Source of the DNA: Octopus vulgaris
Lineage: Eukaryota
Length of the DNA: 64,000 nt
Assembly: GCA_951406725.2 (NCBI GenBank)
Contig: OX597830.1
Coordinates: 20,956,001 to 21,020,000 of the forward strand
Reading direction: 5' to 3'
Part shown: piece after piece, positions 53,727-64,000 of the stretch
Layout of the letters: each line of letters opens with the position of its first letter
Position numbering within the stretch: the stretch's first letter is position 1
Notes under the pieces: model-generated
Databases searched by the model: none
What the model saw: the letters and a program-made list of their open reading frames with translations, nothing else
What the model was told of the DNA's origin: nothing
Program-made: the position numbers and the translations under genes

Positions 53727-54205
53727 AAATTGAAATCAAATTCGATGACTGGCAACCGTGCTAGTGAAGCGCTAAGAGTACCATACGAGAGATCATTGCC
53801 AGAGCAACAAGCTGGCCTCCATGCCGATGGCACGTAAAAAACACAATTCGAGTGTGATCGTTACATGCGTCGCCTTGCTGGTACCCTTGTGCTGGTGGCA
53901 CGTGAAAAAGCATTCGTGTGAGGTCGTTGCCAATGCCACTGGACTGGTTCCTGTGCAGGTGGCACATTAAAAGCACCATTTGAGTATGGCCGTTGCCAGT
54001 ACCACCTTGACTGGCCCTCGTGCCGGTGGCACATAAAAGCACCCACTTCACTCTCGGGGTGGTTGGCATTAGGAAGGGCATCCAAGCTGTAGAATCTCTG
54101 TCAGATCAGATTGGAGTCTGGTGCTGTCATCTGGTCAGCCAGACCTCAGTCAAATCGTCCAACCCATGCTAGCATGGAAAGCAGACGTTAAACGATGATG
54201 ATGAT
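53727..54205 (+). mobile_element. Retroposon with an internal tandem array and an RTE-type tail
   Basis: Four or more units of about 65 bp containing GTGC.GGTGGCAC.TAAAAGCAC, then GGTTGGCATTAGGAAGGGCATCC...AACCCATGCTAGCATGGAAAGCAGACGTTAAAC(GAT)n. Confidence 0.8.
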
Positions 54206-55232
54206 ATATTTAATATATACATACACATTTGTATGAATGTTGCTGTACATACACAGCCAGTGAAATGCACATTTACATGTTCACGTGTGCACATTTATAC
54301 ACATACACAAACACACACATATATATATATAAATGTATATATGTATATACACATACACATACACCTGTAGGAGGTGTAAATAACAGGTTGTGAAAGACTT
54401 TGGGGATGGGGTGTGAGTTGTGTAGGCAGTGGCTGGTTTTTTTATTGTTGTTGACAATGGGTTTGTGGTCACGGTTGGGAGAGCTCAGTGGGGTGATGGT
54501 ATAAGCTCTGGGTACCTGTGTACGGAGTGGGGTGGGGGGAAAGGAACGATGGTGTCTGTCGCAGGTAAAGCAGGGTGTCTTGTGACTACTGGCGCAGATA
54601 CAGTGGGTGGGTGGCTGGGTGATTATGGGTAGGTTTGATCCTCCTATTTTGACTTCAAGGCACATGCCTGGCACATGTCTTTAGCTGATTAGCTGACTGC
54701 TGTCCCCACCCCCACCCCACACCCCACACAGACAGACAGGTGCTTGACAACAGGTCTTTTCTTGTCATTTTAACTGTTGCTTATTGTTCTGGTTTTTTTT
54801 GTTGTTTTACATCTGTTTTGTGGTATTTACTTGTTTTGTGTCATGTTACCTGCTTGTGTGTATATACACATGTATGCTTGTGACTGTGTGTGTGCACTTG
54901 AGTCGGTGTAAACATATACACCTCTAAGTATGCGGAAATGTTATGATTTGGTTAATGTTTTTGTTTTTTTTGGTTATTTTGTAGTTTCACTTTAACATAG
55001 GTTATGTGTGTGTGTGTGTGTGTGTGTAAAAGAAACTATGCCCAGAGGTAACATTGGAACCCGATGCAACTCTGCAGATTGTTGAACCCTGTGAAATTGT
55101 CCAACCCATACCAGCATGGAAAACAAGCATTAAAATATGTTGATGGTCATGATGATGATTTGTGAGAGCATGTGTGTGTATGGATATGTACATATGTATA
55201 ATATATATGTGTGTGTGTGTGTTTGTATGTGA

Positions 55233-55560
55233 AGGCACATGGCTCAGTGGTCAGAGTGCCAAACTTACGACCGTGAGGTTGTGAGTTCGAATCCTGGACC
55301 GGGTTGTGTGTTGTGTACTTGAGCAAGACACTTTATTTCACGTTGCTCCAGTTCACTCAGCTGTAGAAATGAGTTGCGATGTCACTGGTGCCAAGCTGGC
55401 CTTTGACTTTCCCTTGGATAACACTGGTGGCGTGGAGAGGGGAGGCTGGTATGCATGGACGACTGCTGGTCTTCCATAAACAACCTGCCTGGACTTGTGC
55501 CTTGGAGAGTAACTTTCTTGGTGCAATCCCATGGTCATTCATGACCTATGGGGGTCTCCG
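55233..55560 (+). mobile_element. SINE with family B head/body and a different tail
   Basis: GGCACATGGCTCAGTGGTCAG...CTTGAGCAAGACACTTTATTTCACGTTGCTCCAG, then GGGGAGGCTGGTATGCATGG...CCCATGGTCATTCATGACC. Confidence 0.8.
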
Positions 55561-55739
55561 ATTCGATATATACATATATGTGTATTATTTTTATGGTAGT
55601 ATCTTACTTATTGATGTATATTGTTTTATTTTGTTGGATTTGGATGTTCCTATTTATGCTGTTAATAAATAATATGAATTGGTAATATCTGTAAGTCGAT
55701 GATTGAAATGAATCTGTTCCTCCATTTTCTTATTTGTAT

Positions 55740-55786
<47 letters not shown>

Positions 55787-56175
55787 GATATGTTGGAGTA
55801 CAATTGTACAGAGTACAGTTGGAGTACAAGAAAGAGTACAGGGGAACATTTATTTGTAATCACTACAATTGTTTCCGCGCAACATAGTTCTCCATGTTCA
55901 CAGGTATTTTGTTTATGCAGCCATTTCCCTGCATTGTGAGATCTTGTAGTGTTTCGTCAGGTGATAAGTAAATATTGAAGGTGGACAGGCTTTATACTGT
56001 ACTCAACTACGTTCTTAACAGAATATAACCTAACACACACACATGCACACACACCAGATTAACTTGTATTTAAGTTGCAATATCTTATACTTCCTTAACT
56101 AGAAAAACTCAAGCATGACTTATATACGAGTACAAGAGAACAACTTATAATATACAGGTAAATATCTTTTATATA

Positions 56176-56323
56176 CTGTTGTGTCTGGGGATAATCATTC
56201 TCTTTTGGTGCCTTATAATTTAACACACTCACCGGTAAAATGTCTACTTATTTCTTTTTTTACTTAGTGAGTGTTTTAAATTATAAGGTACCAAAAGAGG
56301 CTGACTCTCCCCAGACACAACAG
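56176..56323. mobile_element. Fold-back MITE with about 57-bp terminal inverted repeats
   Basis: CTGTTGTGTCTGGGGA...TTAACACACTCAC versus GTGAGTGTTTTAA...TCCCCAGACACAACAG. Confidence 0.85.
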
Positions 56324-56388
56324 AATATGCTTCAACACACGAAGTCACATAAAGAATCTTGCAAACCAAATCCAATAATGAAACCTTT

Positions 56389-56420
<32 letters not shown>

Positions 56421-56421
<1 letters not shown>

Positions 56422-56584
56422 GCACAGGACTGGGTGTGTGTGGTAAGTAGCTTGCTTACCAACCACATGGTTCTGGGTTCAGTCCCACTGCGTAGCACCT
56501 TGGGCAAGTGTCTTCTGCTATGGCCTCGGGCCGACCAAAGTGCCTTGTGAGTGGATTTGCTAGATGGAAACTCAAAGAAGCCTG

Positions 56585-56632
<48 letters not shown>

Positions 56633-56841
56633 ATGTATATGTATATATATGTATGTGTATGTATCAACATCACTTGACAACCGATGCTGGTGTGTTTACG
56701 TCTCCGTAACTTAGCAGTTTAGCAAAAGAGACTGATAGAATAAGTACTAGGCTTCCAAAGAATAAGCTCTGGGGTCAATTTGCTTGACTAAAGGCGGTGC
56801 TCCAGCATGGCCACAGTCAAATGACTGAAACAAGTAAAAGA

Positions 56842-56842
<1 letters not shown>
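56421..56842 (+). mobile_element. SINE family A inserted in (TA)n
   Basis: Colinear with 366-781; partly CpG-decayed. Confidence 0.9.
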
Positions 56843-56876
<34 letters not shown>

Positions 56877-56945
56877 AAGTATGTGTGTGTGTCTATATAC
56901 TCTCTGTAACTTCTGCTGATTATTAAAGTTGTGTGTGTGTGTATG

Positions 56946-57002
<57 letters not shown>

Positions 57003-57531
57003 TTCATTCAACTAATGTCAGGTATGTAAAAGATAAATAAATCAAATAGAAATGTAAAATAAATCCATTAGTTAAAGAAATATATTGTTGTGTGTGTGTG
57101 TTTGTGCTTTTAAAACTATGAACTCTGATTGCAAAGATCGAAGGTATGTGGGTGGGGTGGGGAGAAGTAATGAACTCAATAATGAAAAAACAAAAACAAA
57201 TTAAGCATACAAAAATATATAATAAAATGAAACTATTTGTTCTTCAATATTCATACATAGGTGTGTGTGTGTGTGTGTGTGTATTCATAATTTTAGTCTT
57301 ACCATCCTGACATTTTTGTCTAAAATTTTGTTTTTTTACCTATTTGTATTTATTATTTTTTTTTATTATTTATTTAAGCCAAAGTCTGTATTTACTATTT
57401 TTGAAAAAAATTGCTTAAGTTCCAACCTTTGACCTCTTCACCAAAACTCCACCTGGAAATATTGGTGAGTCTATTATTTGTCAAACCTACAATGAAGTTA
57501 TAGAACTAGTTTGGTGCAGCTTCATCTATAG

Positions 57532-58117
57532 CAGTACTTCTTGACTATTTTTTATGTTTTTTCATCCACAGACCCCTTTCATTACTATTTCATTGTGGTG
57601 GACCCACCCCCGCCAGCCGTTCAATGTTTAACCCTTTAGCATTTAAACCGGCCATATCCAGCCAAAAGTATTCTGCCTGTTTTATGTTCAAACTGGCCAG
57701 ATCTGGTCTCTTACACCAACCTTACAATATCTTTTAAAAAATTAACAGCTTCCTCATCAAAATCTCCTAGCTACGAAATAATGCATGATTAATTCAAAAC
57801 AATGTGGATGAAAAAGCATTAATTTTGGCAGAATAATACGAACACTAAAGGGTTAAAATCTAGTTTTATAGATACTGCTTTCAAAATTCCTATTTTGTTT
57901 TCCCCACATTAACTTGTGTAGGTTGAACTTTGTAAAACAATTAGAGTAAGAAAACCTGGCTGTTTCTTATAATAAACACATCCAAAGTAACATCTTTTTC
58001 ATGGACCCTTAAAATACTCCTGTGAATCCCCAATTTACTATTTTGCTTGAATGGACCCCCCCAAAAAATCTTATATGGATATATAGGGGTCGTATGGATC
58101 CAGGCTGAGAACTTCTG
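57532..58117. mobile_element. hAT-Charlie-like MITE
   Basis: Ends CAGTACTTCTTGAC / GCTGAGAACTTCTG; TSD ATCTATAG / ATCTATAT; multiple GGACCC motifs. Confidence 0.7.
57632..57852. mobile_element. piggyBac MITE (221 bp) nested in the hAT MITE
   Basis: TTAA|CCCTTTAGCATT ... AACACTAAAGGG|TTAA. Confidence 0.9.
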
Positions 58118-58151
58118 ATCTATATATACCCTCTGTCTGTCTGTCTGTCTC

Positions 58152-58194
<43 letters not shown>

Positions 58195-58811
58195 CTTTCT
58201 CTGTCTGTTACAAAAATCACTTCATATCAACATGGTTTCATGTTCAAACCCATTTTGTGGTACCTTGGTTAAATGCTTTCCAGCTTCCAGCCTACCAATT
58301 CCTTGTGGTTGATTTTGACAGAGGGGAAACTATGCAGAAGCCTGTTGTGTGTGTGTGTGTGTGTGTGTGTGAAAACATGACTGTAAGGTTCAAGAGGGTC
58401 ACCTCACAACTGCATGGTTTCATATTTCACTCCCACTGTATAACACTTTGGCCAACTGATGCTTTGTGACTGAATTTGGTAGAGGGAGATTGTACTGAAG
58501 CCTCTCTGTGTGTGTGTGTGTATCTCTGCTACAATGCTCTTTTTGCATCCCTTCTAGTGAGCAAGTGGTAGTGGTGAGACTGATAAGAACAAGGAGTCCT
58601 CAGTGATCCCCAAACCCAGGACTTGGCCTGAATGCTTGCAGTACAATGCACCCTACTAAAATCACCCAATCAAATGGCTGGATGGAGGGATGGCTCCAGT
58701 AGAATAAAATACAAATCAAAGGAGTCCATTGGTAGGTAAATAAACAAAATGGTAAAAAAACCCACTGCTCTAAAGAACTCTACCAATTCTTGTTAGAAGA
58801 ATTCAGCACCA

Positions 58812-59209
58812 AGTGGAGGCACATGGCTCAGTGGTTAGGGTATTGGACTCATGATTGTAAGGTTGTGGTTTCAATTCCTTGACCGGGTGCTGCATTGTGT
58901 TCTTGAGCAAAACACTTCATTTCACATTGCTCCAGGCCACTCAGCTGGCAAAAATTAGTGATTCTGTGACTGACCAGTGTCCCCTTCCAGGTGGGAGATT
59001 TATACGCCGTGGAAACCGGGGACCCAGCCCTTAGGAGTCGGCAGGACTTGGGAAGGTAATCTTACCTTCATCCAACATGTGGCATGTGGCTTATTGGTTA
59101 AGGTGTTGAACTCATGATCATAAGATTGATGTTTCGATTCCTTGACCAGGCAATGCATTGTTAGTTTACCGTTTTCTTTTCTTTTTTTTTTTTTTTTTTT
59201 TTTTATATT
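58812..59209 (+). mobile_element. SINE with family B head, a second tRNA-like head and a T-run, within an 11-bp direct repeat
   Basis: ATTCAGCACCA at 58801-58811 and 59210-59220. Confidence 0.75.
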
Positions 59210-60952
59210 ATTCAGCACCAGTTCTCTTACCAATGTCCTAACCAGCCATTCAGAGCTGAGCTGATCTCCTACAGCTTACATCTTCACCTAGATGTCCTTT
59301 CTAGCAGACATTAACCTACATGTTTATTAGTACTCAAGCTGGTCATTGGCCTGTCGTACTGATCTGACCAGGGCTGGCCGGGGGGGCAGGGGAAAGGCAA
59401 TTATTGACCTTTAAAGGGTCATTATTATGATCGATGCTCTTCCTATCTTGATTAACACACAAGAAAGAAGGCCTATTATACACTAGTTTCTCTTGTTTTC
59501 GGTGCCCCTCCATCCATCCATCCATCTTCTGGTATGTATGTGTGTGATGGCTACTGCTGTTAGTCTAATACAGCTAATAAACTCATGTTTGTTTGTATAT
59601 TTTACTTGTCTTTAAATAAGGGTGTGTTTTTTTTTGTTTTTTTTTTTTGTTTTTTTTTTACACCAAACAGGTCATAAGAAAATTAATCAGTCAAGATTTG
59701 TCTCCCAACATCCTAGGTCAACAATTCCTTACCAAACTAGCAAACAGCTTTCTGCTGCTGTTAGTTTAGACTTAATCAACACTGATGTTGAAGGAGGAGG
59801 AGGAGGAGGTGGTGGTGGTGGTGCTGCTGCTGCTGCTGCTGGTGCATGTGGTAGAAGTGGTGGTGGTGGTGGTGGTGGTGGTGATGATGATGGTTATGCT
59901 CACTACTGGTGCTGGTGAGGATGTAATGATTGTCATGAGGTTAGTGGTGCTGGTGTTGATATTGTTGTGGTAATGGTAGTGGTGGTGGTGGTGGTGGTTG
60001 TAGTGGTGGTGCAACTGCTGTCGCTGCTAGTGATGGTGATGGTGATAGCATAATTAAAGATGATTATTATGATGGCAGTGGTGATAACGGTGATGGTTGT
60101 AGTGCTGGTGGAGATACGATTGTGATTATGGCTATGGTAGTGGTGATGGTGATGATGACGATATCGAAGATGAGGATGATGATGATGATGGTAGTGGTGG
60201 TGGTGATAGTGGTGATAGTACCTGTGGTGATGGTGATGGTGATGGTGATGGTGATGGTGGCTGTGCTCATGGTAGTACCTGTGATGATGGTGGTGGTGAT
60301 GGTGATGGTGGCTGTGCTCATGGTAGTACCTGTGATGATGGTGGTGGTGATGGTGATGGTGGTGGTGCTTGCTATAGTACTAGTAATATTAGAAATGGTA
60401 TGGGTTTTATGAAAGAGGTGGTGGTAGTGGTGTTATTGTAGTTAAATGATTATTATTATAGTGGTTGTTAGGGTGGTAGTGCTAGTTGTTACATGGTGGT
60501 GGTGGTGGTGGTAGTGCTGTAGGTAGTGGTTGTGATGGAGGTGAATTATGGTTATAATAGTGTAAAACGAAAACAGCAACAACAAAAAAAGAGCATAAGA
60601 GTGAAGATAAGGAAGAGAAGAGAAGTATGTGTGTGTGTGTGTGTGTACAGTGAAACAGGATGAAAAAAAGTAATAGATAGAGAGAGAGAGAGAGAGAGAG
60701 TGTGTGTGTGTGTGGGTGGGGAGTGGTGTGAGGAGAAAAGAAAATTAATTTCAACAGAAATCTTACAAAACTGTGTTTATAGGAGGGAAGTCTTGTTATT
60801 TTATCCACCAAACATTTTTTTTCTTTTTTTTTTTTTTTTTTTTGCTACAGGAATGAAATTCTCTGTGGGAAGGAGAGCAGAAACACCAAATAGTGCCACT
60901 GCCACCAACACTGGCACCCACTACCATCACATCATCATCATCATCATTATTA

Positions 60953-60989
<37 letters not shown>

Positions 60990-61030
60990 TCTTCCCCAAA
61001 ATTTCAAGCCTTTAACTTCTAGTAGAAAGG

Positions 61031-61068
<38 letters not shown>

Positions 61069-61137
61069 GGTGGTGATGATGATGATGATGATTATGGTGG
61101 TGGTGGTAATCATGGTGATAGTGATGATGATGATGAA

Positions 61138-61685
61138 TGCGGTGTGCTGGCAGAATCTTTAGAATGCCAGGAAAAGTGCTTAGCAGCATTTCGTCCATCT
61201 TTACATTCCGCTGAGTTCAAATTTCGCTGAGGCCAACTTTGCCTTTCAACCTTCTAGGGTTAGCACGTGGGGCAAAAGCTATGCAGCTCTTCGTTCGTCT
61301 TTACGCTCTGAGTTCAAATTCCACCGAGGTTGACTTTGCCTTTAATCCTTTCAGGATCGGTAGAATAAGTACCAGTCATGTGCTGGAGTCAATGTAATTG
61401 GCTTGCTCCCTTTCTCAAGCTTGCTGCCCTTGTGGCAAAATTTGAAATCATTATTATGGCAGAAATGTTAGCACACCAGGCGAAATGCTTAGCAGTATTT
61501 CATCTGTCTTTACATTCTGTGTTCAAATTCTGCTGAGGTTAGCTTTGCTTTCATCCTTTCAGGGTTGATAAATTAAGTACCAGTTGCATACTGGGTATCA
61601 ATCTAATCGACTGTCCCCCTCCATCCAAATTTCAAGCCTTGTACTTATAGTAGAAAGTATTATTATTATTATTATTATTATTATG
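61138..61685 (+). mobile_element. Chain of SINE C copies, CpG-decayed, ending in (ATT)n
   Basis: Heads near 61138, 61258 and 61458; G(A/T)GTTCAAATT B box three times. Confidence 0.85.
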
Positions 61686-61810
61686 TGGTATTAAATGTTT
61701 CCACCATGCTCACTGATGCAAGGCCGGCAGTATCGAGAAAGTAAATATATAGAAAGGAAGTTGAAGGGAAACCTAGTTTGAAGAACTTCTAATTCTTAGA
61801 ATTCAATATT

Positions 61811-61889
<79 letters not shown>

Positions 61890-63354
61890 TAAACAAGAAA
61901 AAAAATGAATGGCTCTTTTTCGCTTTTTGCTTACAAAATATTATACCGCGTAAAAGATACCAATTATTCCTTTGATACGAACATGGATTTCCAGGATATC
62001 TGGCACCGATGAACAAATGTTTTCTAAGTTTATTTGCCAAGATCTACTCAAAGGCACGTGGCTCAGTAGAAAGATCAGGTATTATTACCCTTAAAAGACA
62101 GAGGAAAAAAGTTGTCAACAGACTTACCACGAGACTTGAACCTGCACCTCTTGGATATCTTTCTTTTAATTTTTATCTAATACTTGCTTCACTGCCTTGA
62201 AGAATTTTTAGTTGAATGGATCGACTCAGATCCAGTCCTTTGTGTTTTTGCTAACCCTGGTACTTAAATCTATTGGTCTCTTTTGCCAAAGTGTTAAGTT
62301 ATGGGAATGTAAACACACCAACACTGGTTCTGAAGCAGTGGTGGAGGAAAAACCACAAACACAAAGACACATGCACACACACGTATCCATGGCAATACGG
62401 TGATTAATCTCTGTATTCATTGTAATTGTCTTTGATATTCATTTGGTAAATTATCCAGCAAGACGAACCCCAGGATTTTACTTACTGGATGAAACATATT
62501 GGGATTGCTTACCTCAAGTGACACTTACAAATCAATGCAGTTAGCCATAACCTGGATCATAAGTGAGTGCTGAATGCATCTCCTAAAGCAAACCACTCGC
62601 TAAATTTGAACACTGTTAAGGAGCAGGAAAGAGGATATTTTGAAGATGATCAGCTACTTTGAACTCAGTTTCGTGTGGTGATGAAGAAGATTTTTTTCTG
62701 TGTAGCTCTCTCTCTCTCTCCCTCTCTCTCCTCCTCCTCTCTCTCTCTCTCTCTCTCTCTGGTGATAGTGTTGTTGGTGGTGGGCAGTTAAATATCTGTC
62801 TCCTTATTAAAATTAATTAAGAGAGTTTGTCGACGGAGGAGACCTTGTGGCTTCTTTGAGCCGCAGTCAACTTACAAAATGAATTTCTCTTGGTGATTTA
62901 TCATCATTACCATCACCACCACCACCATCTTCATCATCATCATCATCATCATTACCATCACCATCATCACCATCATCCTCATCATCATCATAATCATCAT
63001 CACCACAATCATAATTATCGTCACCATCATCCTCATCAACATCGTCATCATCACCATCGTTGTCATATCTTTGTCGTCGTCAACTGAATTTATTAGTTAG
63101 ATTTTATAGCCACAACATCTCGCTTCATTCAGACTTTCGGTGCCGCTAATTTTACAGAGTTTGGTAATGGTGTGTGGTGTGGTTGAGGTTGATTAGCAGA
63201 GATTAACAGACTTCTTCGTCAGAAATGTTATGGAATGGAACAATAGCCTCCATAGACCTAATCTTCATTAACACAAATAATTATAACAATTATTATGATA
63301 TTATTTTACATGCAAGTCATCTGGAATAAATTATCGAACTGTTATGTAGATATA

Positions 63355-64000
63355 GGTGGGGGCATGGCTGTGTGGTAAGAAGTTTGCTTTCCAATCACGT
63401 GGTTCCAGGTTCAATCCCTCTGCAGAGAACCTTCAGCTGACCAAAGCCTTGCACGTGGACTTTGTGTGTGTAGGTGTGTATATTTGTGTGTGTGCATATG
63501 TGCATGTGTGTTTTTTGTCTGAGATTGTTTTCCCCCGCAACCGTTTGACAACCAGTGTTGGTGTGTTTACGTCCCCATAACTTAGCAGTTCAGCATAAGA
63601 GACTGACAGAATAAGTACCAGATTTAAAAAGGACATTCAACTAATAATACTTGCTTTTGGTGCTCCAGCTGGCTGCAGTCTAATGATTAAAACAAGTAAA
63701 TGATTAAAGATTTATGCACACACAGGCACAGGAGTGGTTGTGTGGTAAGTAGCTTGCTTACCAACCACATGGTCCTGGGTTCAGTCCCACTGCTGGGCAA
63801 CTTGGGCAAGTGTCTTCTACTATAACCTCTGGACTACCAAAGCCTTGTGAGTGGATTTTGTAGATGGAAACTAAAAGAAGCCTGTGTATATGTATATGTG
63901 TGTCTGTGTTTGTCCCCCCACCATCACTTGACGACCGATGGTGGTGTGTTTACATCCCCGTAACATAGTGGTTTGGCAAAAGAGACCGATAGAAAGTGTA
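63355..64000 (+). mobile_element. Two tandem SINE family A copies (63355-63705 and 63724 to window end)
   Basis: Two heads TGG(C/T)TGTGTGGTAAG with colinear bodies. Confidence 0.85.

Noticed and set aside
53727-54045. Repeat-spacer appearance resembling a CRISPR array (also 47955-48215)
   Set aside because: Eukaryotic context, degenerate repeats, mutually similar spacers and no cas genes.
47895-54570. AG|GT juxtapositions (47918, 52548, 54564) as recursive splice sites
   Set aside because: Pyrimidine tracts are short or the donors are suboptimal; not distinguishable from chance without nascent-RNA data.
60245-60365. 48-bp tandem duplication within the (GAT/GGT)n region
   Set aside because: Ordinary slippage duplication in low-complexity sequence.
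61900-62160. Peptides HGFPGYLAPM and GTDEQMF suggesting a Harbinger, piggyBac or annexin fragment
   Set aside because: Matches are only 4-5 residues, in different frames with nearby stops; no extended similarity.

Overview
AT-rich eukaryotic DNA saturated with microsatellites and tRNA-derived SINEs. The SINE families and repeat texture match octopus (coleoid cephalopod) genomes; this is an inference from recognised repeat types. No complete protein-coding gene, rRNA, true tRNA or CRISPR array is supported, and nearly all ORF-track entries are microsatellite artefacts. Recognisable content: four SINE families in dozens of copies (labelled A-D here), RTE-type tails, Penelope-like fragments in (TA)n tracts including two minimal hammerhead-ribozyme motifs, and a decayed restriction-like-endonuclease fragment of a non-LTR element (5.8-6.2 kb). 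DNA elements include an internally deleted piggyBac (51.1-52.1 kb), a piggyBac MITE, several hAT and Tigger/pogo MITEs, and a Helentron-type non-autonomous element. Most notable observations: (1) SINE copies keep their CpGs in the left half and have lost them in the right half, a possible fossil methylation boundary between about 36 and 47 kb. (2) Two outward-facing hammerhead motifs bracket a CpG-rich candidate promoter/first exon at 20.2-21 kb. (3) Two small plus-strand exon candidates share a GACGGAWWTAG 3' splice-site motif. (4) There is a pri-miRNA-sized hairpin and several long inverted repeats. (5) The SINEs show head/tail module shuffling and fixed-junction dimers. All gene-structure calls are low-confidence and need RNA data.
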